Shown: positions 28,001-42,910, counted from the first letter of the stretch. The stretch is 64,000 bases of DNA from Obrimoposthia wandeli (GCA_977020255.1 CDROCS010001373.1:248001-312000); one strand, 5' to 3'. Numbers and translations are program-made. Notes: generated by a model from the letters alone, not told the origin.

Positions 28001-31000
28001 GCCAAATATTTTGTCAAAATGACCACCTTTTCAGAAGCCAAATACTTTTCACAGCCACCCACCTTTTTAAGTCTAAATATTTTTTAACACACAACCACCT
28101 TTTCGAGCCTAAATATTTTCAGACCCACCCCAAGCCTTTTTCAAGCCAAAATATTTTCCCTCCATCCACCTTATCAAGCCCAAATGTTTTGTCACATAAC
28201 CAACCACCTTTTCAAGCCAAAATACTTTTTCACTAACAACCTTTCGAGCCTAATATTTTTTCTAAACGACACCACACAACCACCTTTTCGAGCCTAAATA
28301 ATTTTTCACATAAACACTTTTTTAAACCAAAATACCTTTTCACACCCAACCACCTTTTCGAGCCTAAATACTTTTTCACACCACCACCTTATCAAGCCCA
28401 AACTATTTTGTCAAAACCCGAACCAACTTTCAAGCCAAAATACTTTTCACAGCCACCCACGCCCAAGTCTAAATATTTTTTTCAACACACAACCACCTTT
28501 TCGAGCCTAAATATTTTTCAGACCCACCCACCTTTTCAAGCCCAAGCTCAATATTTTTTCCTTCCATCCACCTTATCAAGCCCAAATATTTTGTCAAAAC
28601 CAACCACCTTTTCAAGCCAAAATAAAATCTTTTCACAGCCACCCACCTTTTTAAGTCTAAAATGTTTTTAACACACAACCACCTTTTCGAGACCCTAAAT
28701 ATTTTTTCACCCCACCCACCTTTTCAAGCCAAAAATATTTTCCTCCCACCCACCTTATCAAGCCCAAATATTTTGTCAAAACCAACCACCACCTTTTCAA
28801 GCCAAAATACTTTTCACAGCCACCCACCTTTTTAAGTCCTAAATATTTTTTGCAACACTAACGGCCGCTAAATGGAACTCGTATTTTTTTTCAGACCCAC
28901 CCACCTTTTCAAGCCAAAATATTTTCCTCCATCCACCTTATCAGGCAAAATGTTTTGTCAGACCCAACCCTTTTCAAGTCAAAATATTTTTTTACACCCA
29001 ACCATCTTTCAAGCCAAAATATTTGCAAGTCAAAATATTTTTTACACCCAACCATCTTTTCAAGCCAAAATATTTTGTCACATAAACACCTTTTCAAACA
29101 AAAATGCTTTTCACACCCAACCACCGCTTTTTCGAGCCTAAATATTTTTCACATCCAACCACCTTATCAAGCCAAAATATTTTGTCAGACCCAATATCTT
29201 TTAAGTCTAAATATTTTTAACACACAAGCCACCGCTTTTTCGAGCCTAATGTTTTTCACACCCACCCACCTTTTCAAAGCAAAAATATTTTTTCCTCCAC
29301 TACCTTATCAAGCCCAAATATTTTTGTCAAAACCAACCACCTTTTCAAGCCAAAATACTTTTTCACAGCCACCCACCTTTTTAAGTCTAAATATTTTTTA
29401 ACACACAACCACCTTTTCGAGCCTAAATATTTTCAGACCCACCTACCTTTTCAAACCAAAATATTTTCCACTCCCATCCACCTTATCAATGCCAAAATAT
29501 TTTTGTCAGACCCAACCACCTTTTCAAGCCAAAATGTTTTTACACCCAACCATCTTTTCAAACCAAATGTTTGTCACGCAAGAACTTTTCAAACCAAAAT
29601 GCCTATTTCAGACCTAACCACCTATTCGAGACTAAATATTTTTTTCAGACTTAACCACCTTTTCAGAGCATAAATATATTTTCACCCAACCACCTTTCAA
29701 GCCAAAATATTTTCAGACCCAAACACCTTTTCAGGCAAAATATTTTTGTCACACATAAACATCTTTTCAAACCAAAATGCTTTTTAACCACCTTTTCAAG
29801 CCAAATATTTTTTAACACCCAACCACCTTTCAGGCCTATATTTTTCATCAACCACCTTTTCAACCAAAATATTTTTCACACTAACCACCTTTTCCGAGCA
29901 TAAATGTTTCTTCACACTTAACCATCTTTTCAAGCCAAAATACTTTTTCACACCCAACCACCTTTTAAGTCTAAACATTTTTTCACCACACAACCACCTT
30001 TTCGAACCTAAATGTTTTTGTCACACTAAACACCTTTTCAAACAAAATGCTTTTCACCAACCACCTTTTCGAGCCTAAATATTTTTCATCCAACCATATC
30101 AAGCAAAATATTTTGTCAGACCAACCATCTTTTTAAGTCTAAATATTTTTTTAACACACAACCACAATTTCGAGCCTAAATATTTTTCACACTCACCCAC
30201 CTTTTCAAGCCAAAATAACCGCTCCACCCACCTTATCAAACCAAAATATTTTGTCAGACCCAACCATCTTTTTAAGTCTAAATATTTTTAACACACAACC
30301 ACCTTTTCGAGACCCTAAATGCTTTTCACACCCAACCACCTTTTCAAGCCAAAATATTTTCAAACCCACCAACCACAACCCACCCACCTTTTCAAGTCCT
30401 TTTTCTTTTTCTCAACCACCTTTTCGAATCTAAATATTTTTCACTCCCATATTTTTTTTTCACACATAAACACATTTTAAGCCACCAAAATACCTTTTCA
30501 CACCCAACCACCTTTTCGAGCACCTAAATATTTTTTTTACACAACCACACTACCCCCACCCACCTTTTCGAGCCTAAATACTTTTTCACACCCAACCACC
30601 TTTTCGAGCCTAAATATTTTTTCACACCCACCCACCTTTTCGAGCCTAAATATTTTTTCACACATAAACACTTTTTTAAACCAAAATACCTTTTCACACC
30701 CAACCACCTTTTCGAGCCTAAATATTTTTTTCACACCCAACCACCTTTTCGAGCATAAATATTTCTTCACACCTAACCATCTTTTCAAGCCAAAATACTT
30801 TTTCACACCCAACCACCTTTTTCAGTCTAAACATTTTTTCACACACAACCACCTTTTCGAACCTAAATATTTTTTCACACATAAACACTTTTTTAAACCA
30901 AAATACCTTTTCACACCCAACCACCTTTTCGAGCCTAATTATTTTTTCACACCCACCCACCCTTTCGAGCCTAAATATTTTTTCACACATAAACACTTTT

Positions 31001-34000
31001 TTAAACCAAAATACCTTTTCACACCCAACCACCTTTTCGAGCCTAAATACTTTTTCACACCCAACCACCTTTTCAAGCCAAAATATTTTTTCAAACCCAA
31101 CCACCTTTTTAAGTCTAAACATTTTTTCTCACACAACCACCTTTTCGAATCTAAATATTTTTTCACACATAAACACTTTTTTAAACCAAAATACCTTTTC
31201 ACACCCAACCACCTTTTCGAGCCTAAATATTTTTTCACACCCACCCACCTTTTCGAGCCTAAATACTTTTTCACACCCAACCACCTTTTCGAGCCTAAAT
31301 ATTTTTTCACACCCACCCACCTTTTCGAGCCTAAATATTTTTTCACACATAAACACTTTTTTAAACCAAAATACCTTTTCACACCCAACCACCTTTTCGA
31401 GCCTAAATACTTTTTCACACCCACCCACCTTATCAAGCCCAAATATTTTGTCAAAACCAACCACCTTTTCAAGCCAAAATACTTTTTCACAGCCACCCAC
31501 CTTTTTAAGTCTAAATATTTTTTAACACACAACCACCTTTTCGAGCCTAAATATTTTTTCAGACCCACCCACCTTTTCAAGCCAAAATATTTTTCCCTCC
31601 CATCCACCTTATCAAGCCCAAATATTTTGTCAAAACCAACCACCTTTTCAAGCCAAAATACTTTTTCACACCTAACAACCTTTTCGAGCCTAAATATTTT
31701 TTCACACCCACCCACCTTTTCGAGCCTAAATAATTTTTCACACATAAACACTTTTTTAAACCAAAATACCTTTTCACACCCAACCACCTTTTCGAGCCTA
31801 AATACTTTTTCACACCCACCCACCTTATCAAGCCCAAATATTTTGTCAAAACCAACCAACTTTTCAAGCCAAAATACTTTTTCACAGCCACCCACCTTTT
31901 TAAGTCTAAATATTTTTTAACACACAACCACCTTTTCGAGCCTAAATATTTTTTCAGACCCACCCACCTTTTCAAGCCAAAATATTTTTCCCTTCCATCC
32001 ACCTTATCAAGCCCAAATATTTTGTCAAAACCAACCACCTTTTCAAGCCAAAATACTTTTTCACAGCCACCCACCTTTTTAAGTCTAAATATTTTTTAAC
32101 ACACAACCACCTTTTCGAGCCTAAATATTTTCACACCCACCCACCTTTTCACGATAAAAAATATTTTTCACTCCACCCACCTTATCAAGCCCAAATTTTT
32201 TCACAACCAACCACCTTTTCAAGCCAAAATACTTTTTCACAGCCACCCACCTTTTTAAGTCTAAATATTTTTTAACACACAACCACCTTTTCGAGCCTAA
32301 ATATTTTTTCAGACCCACCCACCTTTTCAAGCCAAAATATTTTTTCCCCCCATACACCTTATCAAATATTTTTCACAGTCAGACTAACCTTTTCAAGCCA
32401 AAATATTTTTTGCAACCATCTTTTCAAGCCAAAATATTTTGTCACACATAAACTTTTCAAACCAAAATACTTTTTCACATAACCCAACCACACACATAGC
32501 CTAAATATTTTTTCACATCCCACCTTATCAAGCCAAAATATTTTGTCAGACCCAACCATCTTTTTAAGTCTAAATATTTTTTAACACACAACCACCTTTT
32601 CGAGCCTAAATATTTTTTCACACCCACCCACCTTTTCAAGCCAAAATATTTTTCACTCCCACCCACCTTATCAAGCCCAAATATTTTGTCAAAACCAACC
32701 ACCTTTTCAAGCCAAAATACTTTTTCACAGCCACCCACCTTTTTAAGTCTAAATATTTTTTAACACACAACCACCTTTTCGAGCCTAAATATTTTTTCAG
32801 ACCCACCTACCTTTTCAAGCCAAAATATTTTTCACTCCCATCCACCTTATCATGCCAAAATATTTTGTCAGACCCAACCACCTTTTCAAGCCAAAATATT
32901 TTTTTACACCCAACCATCTTTTCAAGCCAAAATATTTTGTCACACATAAAGACCTTTTCAAACCAAAATACTATTTCAGACCTAACCACCTATTCGAGAC
33001 TAAATATTTTTTCAGACTTAACCACCTTTTCGAGCATAAATATATTTTCACACCCAACCACCTTTTCAAGCCAAAATATTTTTTCAGACCCAAACACCTT
33101 TTCAGGCCAAAATATTTTGTCACACATAAACATCTTTTCAAACCAAAATACTTTTTCACACCCAACCACCTTTTCAAGCCAAAATATTTTTTTCACACCC
33201 AACCACCTTTTCGAGCCTAAATATTTTTTCACATCCAACCACCTTTTCAAGCCAAAATATTTTTTTCACACCCAACCACCTTTTCGAGCATAAATATTTC
33301 TTCACACCTAACCATCTTTTCAAGCCAAAATACTTTTTCACACCCAACCACCTTTTTAAGTCTAAACATTTTTTCACACACAACCACCTTTTCGAACCTA
33401 AATATTTTTTCACACATAAACACTTTTTTAAACCAAAATACCTTTTCACACCCAACCACCTTTTCGAGCCTAATTATTTTTTCACACCCACCCACCCTTT
33501 CGAGCCTAAATATTTTTTCACACATAAACACTTTTTTAAACCAAAATACCTTTTCACACCCAACCACCTTTTCGAGCCTAAATACTTTTTCACAGCCACC
33601 CACCTTTTTAAGTCTAAATATTTTTTAACACACAACCACCTTTTCGAGCCTAAATATTTTTTCACACCCACCCACCTTTTCAAGCCAAAATATTTTTCAC
33701 TCCCACCCACCTTATCAAGCCCAAATATTTTGTCAAAACCAACCACCTTTTCAAGCCAAAATACTTTTTCACAGCCACCCACCTTTTTAAGTCTAAATAT
33801 TTTTTAACACACAACCACCTTTTCGAGCCTAAATATTTTTTCAGACCCACCCACCTTTTCAAGCCAAAATATTTTTCCCTCCCATCCACCTTATCAGGCC
33901 AAAATATTTTGTCAGACCCAACCACCTTTTCAAGCCAAAATATTTTTTTACACCCAACCATCTTTTCAAGCCAAAATATTTTGTCACACATAAACACCTT

Positions 34001-37000
34001 TTCAAACCAAAATACTTTTTCACACCCAACCACCTTTTCGAGCCTAAATATTTTTTCACATCCAACCACCTTATCAAGCCAAAATATTTTGTCAGACCCA
34101 ACCATCTTTTTAAGTCTAAATATTTTTTAACACACAACCACCTTTTCGAGCCTAAATATTTTTTCACACCCACCCACCTTTTCAAGCCAAAATATTTTTC
34201 ACTCCCACCCACCTTATCAAGCCCAAATATTTTGTCAAAACCAACCACCTTTTCAAGCCAAAATACTTTTTCACAGCCACCCACCTTTTTAAGTCTAAAT
34301 ATTTTTTAACACACAACCACCTTTTCGAGCCTAAATATTTTTTCAGACCCACCCACCTTTTCAAGCCAAAATATTTTTCCCTCCCATCCACCTTATCAGG
34401 CCAAAATATTTTGTCAGACCCAACCACCTTTTCAAGCCAAAATATTTTTTTACACCCAACCATCTTTTCAAGCCAAAATATTTTGTCACACATAAACACC
34501 TTTTCAAACCAAAATACTTTTTCACACCCAACCACCTTTTCGAGCCTAAATATTTTTCAGACCCAAACACCTTTTCAAGCATAAATATATTTTCAGACCC
34601 AACCATCCTTTTCAAGTCTAAAATATTTTGTTACACACAACCACCTTTTCGAGCCTAAATTTTTTTTCACACCCACCCACCTTTTCAAGCCAAAATATTT
34701 TTTTCACACATCCAAACCTTATCAAGCCCAAATATTTTGTCAAAACCAACCACCTTTTCAAGCCAAAATACTTTTTCACAGCCACCCACCTTTTTAAGTC
34801 TAAATATTTTTTAACACACAACCACCTTTTCGAGCCTAAAAGTTTTTTCAGACTTAACCACCTTTTCGAGCATAAATATTTTTTCACACCTACCTTTTTC
34901 AAAACATTTTTTCACACACCATAACCAAAATATTTTTCACTTTTTTAAACCAAAATACCTTTTCACACCCAACCACCTGATAATTATTTTTTCACACCCA
35001 CCCACCCTTTCGCCTAAAATGTTTTTCACACATGTCAGACCCAACCACCTTTTTTTTTTCAACCCAACCACCTTTTCGCCAAATATTTTTTTCACACCCA
35101 ACCACCTCGTTTCAAGCCAAAATATTTTGTCACAAAGACCTTTTTAAGTCAAACCAAAATTTTCGAATCTATTTCAGAAATATTTTTCCCTTTTCACACC
35201 CAACCACCTTTTCGAGCCTAAATATTTTTTCAGACTCCACCTTTTCGAGGCATAAATATATTTTCACACCCAACCACCTTTTCAAGCCAAAATATTTTTC
35301 ACACCCAACCACCTTTTCAGCCTAAATGTTTTTTCACATCCAACCACCTTTTCAAACCAAAATATTTTGTCACACCCAACCACCTTTTCGAGCATAAATA
35401 TTTCTTCACACTAACCTTTTCGATCAAGCCAAAATACTTTTTCACACCCAACCACCTTTTTCAGTCTAAACATTTTTCACACACAACCACCTTTTCGAAC
35501 CTAAATATTTTTTCACACATAAACACTTTTTTGAAACCTTTTCAAAATACCTTTTCACGCAAAATACCTTTTCACACCCAACCACCTTTTCGAGTAAACC
35601 TTTTTACACACCCACCTGAGCCTAAATATTTTTAAATATTTTTTCTTTTCCATACGCAACCACCTTTTCGAGCCTAAATATTTTTCCTCACATCCCACCT
35701 TATCAAGCCAAAATATTTTGCGTCAGATAACTTTTTTCAAGTCTAAATTTTTCTATTTTTCACACACAACCACCTTTTCGAGCCTAAATATTTTTTCACA
35801 CTACACACCCAAGCCAAAATATTTTTTCACTCCCAAAATATTTTTCCCACCTTATCAAGCCCAAATATTTTGTCAAACCCAACCCCCTTTTTCAAGCCAA
35901 AATACTTTTTCTGGCCACCCACTTTTTTAAGCCTAAATATTTTTTCACACCCAACCACCTTTTCGAGCCTAAATATTTTTTCAGACCCACCCACCTTTTC
36001 AAGCCAAAATATTTTTCCCTCCCATCCACCTTATCAGGCCAAAATATTTTCTCACACCCAACCACCTTTTTCAAGCCAAAATATTTTTTACACCCAACCA
36101 TCTTTTCAAGCCAAAATATTTTGTCACACATAAACACCTTTTTCAAACCAAAATACTTTTCACACCTTTTTTCGAGCCTAAATATTTTTTCACAAACCAC
36201 CTTTTTTATCGAGCCAAAATACAGACCCAACCATCTTTTTAAGGTCCCAAATGTTTTTTTAACCTTCTGCCACACCCACCCACCTTTTCGAGCCTAAATA
36301 TTTTTTCACACCCACCTTACCTTTTCAAAACCAACCACCTTTCAGCCAAAATACACACCCAACCACCTTTTCGAGCATAAATATTTCTTCATTTTTAAGT
36401 CTTTTTTTCAGCTTAACAAACCACCAACACCTTTTCGAAGCCTAAATATTTTTTCACACCCACCTTTTTTTCCATACCAAAATAACCTTTTTAACACAAA
36501 ATATTTTTTTACGCAACCACCTTTTCTTATTTCTGAATTTTTCACATACCCTTTTCAAGCAAAATACTTTTTCCCTCAACCACCTTTCGAGCCTAAATGT
36601 TTTTTCACATCCAACCACCTTTATCAAGCCAAAATATTTTGTCAGACCCAACCATCTTTTTAAGTCTAAATATTTTTTGAACACACAACCACCTTTTCGA
36701 GCCTAAATATTTTTTTCACACCCACCCACCTTTCAAGCCAAAAATATTTTTCACTCCCACCCACCTTCTCAAGCCAAAATATTTTGTCAGACCCAACCAT
36801 CTTTTTAAGCCAAAATACTTTTTCACAGCCACCCACCTTTTTAAGTCTAAATATTTTTTAACACACAACCACCTTTTCGAGCCTAAATATTTTTTCAGAG
36901 CCACCCACCTTTTAAAGCCAAAATATTTTTCCCTCCCATCAACCTTATCAGGTCAAGCCAATATTTTGTCAGACCCAACCACCTTTTCAAGCCAAAATGT

Positions 37001-39380
37001 TTTTTTACACCCAACCATCTTTTCAAGCTTTCAAAATATTTTGTCACACATAAACACCTTTTTCAAACCAAAATACTTTTTCACACCATTGACCACCTTT
37101 GCGAGCCTAAATATTTTTTCACATCCAACCTCCTTATCAAGCCAAAATATTTTGTCAGACCCAACCATCTTTTTAAGTCTAAATATTTTTTAACACACAA
37201 CCACCTTTTCGAGCCTAAATATATTTTCACACCCACCCACCTTTTCAAGCCAAAATATTTTTCACTCCCACCCACCTTATCAAGCCCAAATATTTTGTCA
37301 AAACCAACCTCTTTTCAAGCCGAAAATACTTTTTCACAGCCACCCACCTTTTAAGTCTAAATATTTTTTAACACACAACCACCTTTTTCGAGCCTAAATA
37401 TTTTTCTTTTCAGACCCACCTCACCTTTTTCAAGCCAACATTTTTCACTCCCATCCACCTTATCATCATGCCAAAATATTTTGTCAGACCCAACCACCTT
37501 TTCTGCCCAAAATATTTTTACACCCAACCATCGTTTCAAGCCAAAACATTTTGTCACACATAAAAGAACTTTTCAAACCAAAATACTATTTCAGACCTTA
37601 ACCACCTATTCGAGACTAAATATTTTTTCAGACTTTAACCACCTTTTCGAGCATAAATATATTTTCACACCTTAACCAGTCTTTCAAATATTTTCACACC
37701 CAACCACCTTTTTCGAGCTCAAATATTTTTTCACATCCAACCAATCTTTTCAAGCCAAAATATTTTTTTTCTTCACAATCTAACCACCTTTTTTCGAGCA
37801 TAAATATTTTTTCACACCTAACCATCTTTTTCAAGCCAAATACTTTTTTCACACCTAACCACCTTGCTCAAACATTTTTTCACAATACAACCACCTTTTT
37901 GAACCTAAATATTTTTTTCACACATAAATGATTTTAAACCAATACTTTTTCACACCCTAACCAATCTTTTGTCAAATGTATTTTTCATTGACCCACCACC
38001 TTTTCGAGCCTAAATACTTTTTCACACCCAACCACCTTGGATTTTAAATATTTTTTTCACATCCTGAACCACTTTATTTGCCAAAAGTATTTTTGTCAGA
38101 CCTAAACCATCTTTTTTTGCTCCAACATTTTTTCACATTACCAACCAACTTTTTCTGTTCTTAAACATTTTTCACACCCAATTCACCTTTTTCTAGTCAA
38201 AACATTTTCATCTGGTCTTCATTTGCCCAAACATTTTGTCAAAACTAACCACCTTTTTTCAAGCTAAAATACTCTTTTCACAGCCACCCACCTTTTAAGT
38301 CTAAATATTTTTTAACACACAACCACCCGAGCCGCAAACATTTTTTCAACCACGCACCTTTTTCGCCAAAATATTTTTCCCTCCCATCCACTTATCAGGC
38401 CAAAATATTTTGTCGTGAATCCAACTGTCTCTTTCAAGCCAAAATATTTTTACACCCAACCATCTTTTCAAGCCAAAATATTTTGTCACACATAAACACC
38501 TTTTCAAACCAAAATACTTTTTCACACCAACCAATCTTTCGAGCCTAAATATTTTTTTCTCACATCCAACCATCTTTATCAAGCCAAACATTTTGTCAGA
38601 CCCAACCATCTTTTAAGTCTTCCAACATTTTTGAAGATTACCAACCACCTTTCGAGCTTCCAACATTTTTTCACACCCACCCACCTTTTATTTTTCACCC
38701 CCACCCACCTTATCAAGCCCAAATGGCTTGGTCAAACCAACCACCTTTTCAAGCCAAAATACTTTTCATTGTTTCAATTCAATCTTTTAAGTCTAAATAT
38801 TTTTAACACACAACCACCTTTTTCGAGCCTAAATATTTTTTCAGACCCACCTACCTTTTTTCAAGCCAAAATATTTTTCATCTTATCCACCTGATCATGC
38901 CAAAAATATTTTGTCGTGAATCAAATCACCTGTATTTTTACAATCAACATTTCAAGCCAAATGATTAATATTAGACCAAACCAAACATTATTTCAGACCC
39001 ACCTGCCTGAGATTAAATATTTTTGACTCACCAATCTCTTTAAGGGTATATTATGACAGCACTTTTTCAAGCCAAAGACCAATCTATTTCAAAATATTTT
39101 TTTGCACCTGCATCTTTTGTGCCAAAATGATGGTTACACATAATGATTTTTCAAACCAAAAATATTAGAAGAACAAATCACTCAAGCCAAAAGATGCCAC
39201 CAACTGAGTCAATATTTTTAACACTAACCACCTGCCAAATATTAACTAATTATACAATGACACCCAAGACTTTTTCGTTAACATTTAAAACCCCAAATAT
39301 TTCACCAACTGAGCTCATGGCACCCACCTACCCTTTGAGCTGAATGACACATAAACATTTTTGAAACCCAAAATACTTAA
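22091..39380. repeat. Large 36-bp satellite array (about 17 kb, roughly 470 monomers) with higher-order repeats
   Basis: Monomer consensus is approximately CAACCACCTTTTC(A/G)AGCC(A/T)AAATATTTTTTCACACC. The 12-aa periodicity of every ORF in the track confirms the 36-bp period. The left edge is sharp and the right edge decays. Confidence 0.97.
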
Positions 39381-39849
39381 CTTTATTTTTGCAGCTCATT
39401 TTTTGATCCCATATATATATAAACTGATCTATGGGGAAGACACCTGATCTACCACGGGAAGTCACACTTATCATCCTCTCGGGATTTTAGGGTTTGTCTT
39501 TGGTATCTTGGGATAAGAGCTGTAGTAATTAATTTCATTTTAAACAGTGGGCATCAGTGAATTATTTATAGTATAAAAAGAGGAAAAGGTGGGGTTTTAT
39601 ACCCATTTTTGCTCCATTAGTTTAATCATTGTAAATGCACAAGACGCAATCATCTATATCTACCACTTTATTCATTTCAAACTCATCCCTGAACTGCTTT
39701 GTTGACACATTATTAATTTATTGCTTTTTGAACTGTTATTTTAACACAACATTAGATCCAAATAAAACAAGTTCTCTAAATTTAATGACTGTTCAATTTA
39801 ATGATTAGATTCTTAAAATTGATAATCAGATTTGCATGTCAACTTCGGA

Positions 39850-42300
39850 ATTTACCTTGTCTTTAAAATAGTTTATAGATGTTTTGAATGTTGTCACGAA
39901 TGAATCCTATGGTAAGACATCCCCAGACAAACTGTCTTCTACAACCATTTAGTGAATTCCATATATACCGTGATGGTTTCTTTTTGTAGTAAGAACCCTT
40001 AGTCCGAATTTATAAATTTATTTAGTGTCATTTATCCCTCTAAAGGGTTTTGGTCAAACTCTAAATATCAGATTAGCAGTTTCTATAATAAACTGATGGA
40101 ATTTATTATTTTGTTCATCTTGTAAAGATGACAACTGAATCATGTTAAAAAGACATTGATAATCAATGTCCAAAGATTTTTTCACATCCATATCGATGAT
40201 CTTCAAGACTTTGAAAAAATTAGAATCTTTTTAAAACGAACTTAAAAACTGAATTATTCACATTTTATTCTTCCAAAGAAACTAAATGAAGAGTATGAAA
40301 AGTCTTTAAATGAAAAGAGTTACATTTTACATTAACAATAAGAAAACTTGTTAATTTATTCAAACCTGATACCTTTTAATCATTCATATCAAACAACTGA
40401 ATTAATTTATCTTCAATTGCTGTTAGAATTAACTGAACATATATCCACTTAATGTCCTTAATAATTGCACACTGACCTGAGTTTTCCTCTTGCTCATGTA
40501 TCCCTGAATTTGCAACACTATTGAATTTGGCATGAATATTTTTATCTGGCTGGCTTCATGATATTTGTAAAAACCAAATTTCTTGCTATTTCACTCCTTT
40601 CAAAATTATGTTTATGCAAAATTTTATGAATATGACCAGTTGTGTTTTCTATCGCAGATATAATTCAGTTAGAGTTAGATTCACAACTTATACATGGCAT
40701 TATATAAACAAATCTTCTTGATTACATAATTTCACCTACATGTTTAAACAACAATCTCTTTTTAAAATAAGTATTTTATTCAAATTTTCCGACAGTGTAT
40801 TTATTTCAAATAAATTGATTGGAAAGCTCAAACTGTGAATTAAGAGTACTAAACAATAGCTGGATTCGTAAATTCTTTTTTACTGAAGGTTTAGCGCAAG
40901 TTAAAGAATTGCGCGAAGTAATATTGAAAGCTATGTAATGTGCTTTGTATAAAAAACTAAAACTGGATTTGAAAGAATAATGTTCTACACTGATGCATAT
41001 AGGTTATACTAATAAACAAGTTAATGCTTTATAATTACTTTGAAGTCCAATTTAATCTTCACAGCATTTATTTATCAAAGTACACTTCTTATACTTTCGC
41101 CTAGATTTTTCTTATATGCAAAGTGTTCAAATGACTGAGAAGTTTTGATGTTTTCCCGAAACTGTATAATGGTCTCGATATCCTTCTTTAATGTATTCTT
41201 CTGAAAAAATATTAAAATGAAGCTTTTTAATGTCGAAGGGAAAAAACGAAAATTAGGACATACATTAAAAAAATTAACAAAACTAAAATTCCTTATCAAA
41301 TAATTATAAACTTATGCTTATGTCAAATTTGGATTTTTTATCCGTATGCTTTCTGTTTTCTTTAGTGTAGATAGTCTATTGAAATCGTATATTCTGGTGA
41401 GAGAGATTTAAGGCATTTGATATTTCATATAAGTTTAATTACAAAGTGGTTTGCTGTCTAAAAGACATTGTCTATATCTATTTCAACTAAAAACTTGACT
41501 TTGTCTTAAAGATTTAATCATGCGTTTGACCATTACATTTTAATTAAACTTCAAATGTGGACAGTGAAAACTCGAGACTTGATACAAACCTAATGTTTCT
41601 TTTATTAACTAATTTAAACGAATACACTTGTCTATAAGTTGATATGTTGACATATTTAGTCCATTTTTATATTTTGGCTTCGAAATCGCCTTTACATAAC
41701 ATTAATAATCAAAGGAAAAAATAAATAAATCACAATATGTACAATATGAAGATTATTTTAAATATAGTAATTCTAGATTATGTTTACCGTTTTCGGTTTT
41801 AAGATAACCATTGAAATTAATTTCGTCCCATCAGCTTCATTAGTTCGAGATTTATGTCCTGTTTTTCCTTCTTCGTGAATTTAAATGGCAATGTTGGCTT
41901 AAATTGGGAATATACTTTTTGAATAATAAATCGTTAGAAATTCATTATTTTAAGTTTTGTCTTCTTCGCCAGATCATGGGGCTTTAAAATATCAATTTTC
42001 CTTTCAAATGTTTACCACCCTATTACTGCAGTAGGTCTTATAACAGTTCTCGCTATAAGATAACTACCAAAGCTTACTCAAATAATACGGTCCAATACGA
42101 ACTTTCTCGTTGTTTGGCATCTTTATTTCTGCTAATTCTCTAAGATTGTCACCAAACTTTCTCCAATCTTGACCAATTTTTCTTGTCAGTGAATTCTTTT
42201 GATGTGACAATCTTCAGTTTTATTTGCACCTTCAAATTCCATTTCTGGTAGTGTCATCATCAATAGATACAAATGATGAATATTAAAATAATAAAACTTT
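39850..42300 (-). mobile_element. Heavily decayed Penelope-like retroelement (RT plus GIY-YIG)
   Basis: Minus-strand fragments occur in the expected order: KFVLDRII*VSFGSYLIA (compare PLRPIVS..GS..Y.LA), FNGYLKTENG, KWTKYVNI (compare W.RYVDD), F*TANHFVIK (compare F.SNHP...K), and VYIMPCISCES (compare GIY-YIG VYKIPC..C). There are many stops and shifts. Confidence 0.4.
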
Positions 42301-42399
42301 CAATGAACAAAAATAAATTAAGGCTTTATTATTTGGAGCTAAGAATAAAATAAAGCGTGGTAAAGAGAACCGAAATTTCATACACGTTGGTGAAAATAT

Positions 42400-42910
42400 T
42401 ATTAATTTGAAAACTAAAATAAAGATCATTGGTTGGGTCTTCAAAGAAGATATTACAACGAACTGTAAAATTGATAATGATAAGAGCATGCTACAGTCGA
42501 GTAGAAATGATTTATCCAACAAGAAAATATCAAAATACAGAGAAAATTACAACGCAGTTATTACATCAAAACCATTAAATCATAAAGTCCATGTAAATAT
42601 TTAATGAAGCTTTTCTGCTTACTGATAAATGCCAAAATTGAGTTTAAAATCTTACAAATTATCAAATAATGTAATCTGTCACAAAATCCAAAATATGTAT
42701 ATGATCTTGTGCAGTGACTATGTATATGCATCTTAGGAGCAACGATGATGACTGTAGAGTGGCTAAGAAATTCTCAAATATCAAACAGAGGTATGGAATA
42801 TTTGAACTTTACGCTCCGAATCTTCACAGTAATATACAGCAATGATATAATGAACTGTAATTGTGTTGAAAAATTCAAGAAGCATCTGAAGACTTAAACT
42901 TTTCGAAGAA
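42400..42910 (+). mobile_element. Decayed non-LTR (LINE) RT C-terminal fragment
   Basis: Ends with NCNCVEKFKKHLKT*TF, resembling the N.LP..I...S...FK..LK..L terminal motif of L2/CR1-group LINEs. The rest is degraded. Confidence 0.3.

Noticed and set aside
28850-28885. Non-satellite insert (CACTAACGGCCGCTAAATGGAACTCG) inside the array
   Set aside because: It lies in an error-rich block and is most likely low-quality base calls or a read junction.
22014-38894. Dozens of 60-318 aa ORFs with 12-aa periodicity (TPNHLFKPKYFF, HPTTFSSQNIFS, GCEKIFWLEKVV)
   Set aside because: They are by-products of a 36-bp (multiple of 3) satellite. They occur in overlapping frames on both strands and break at random indels.
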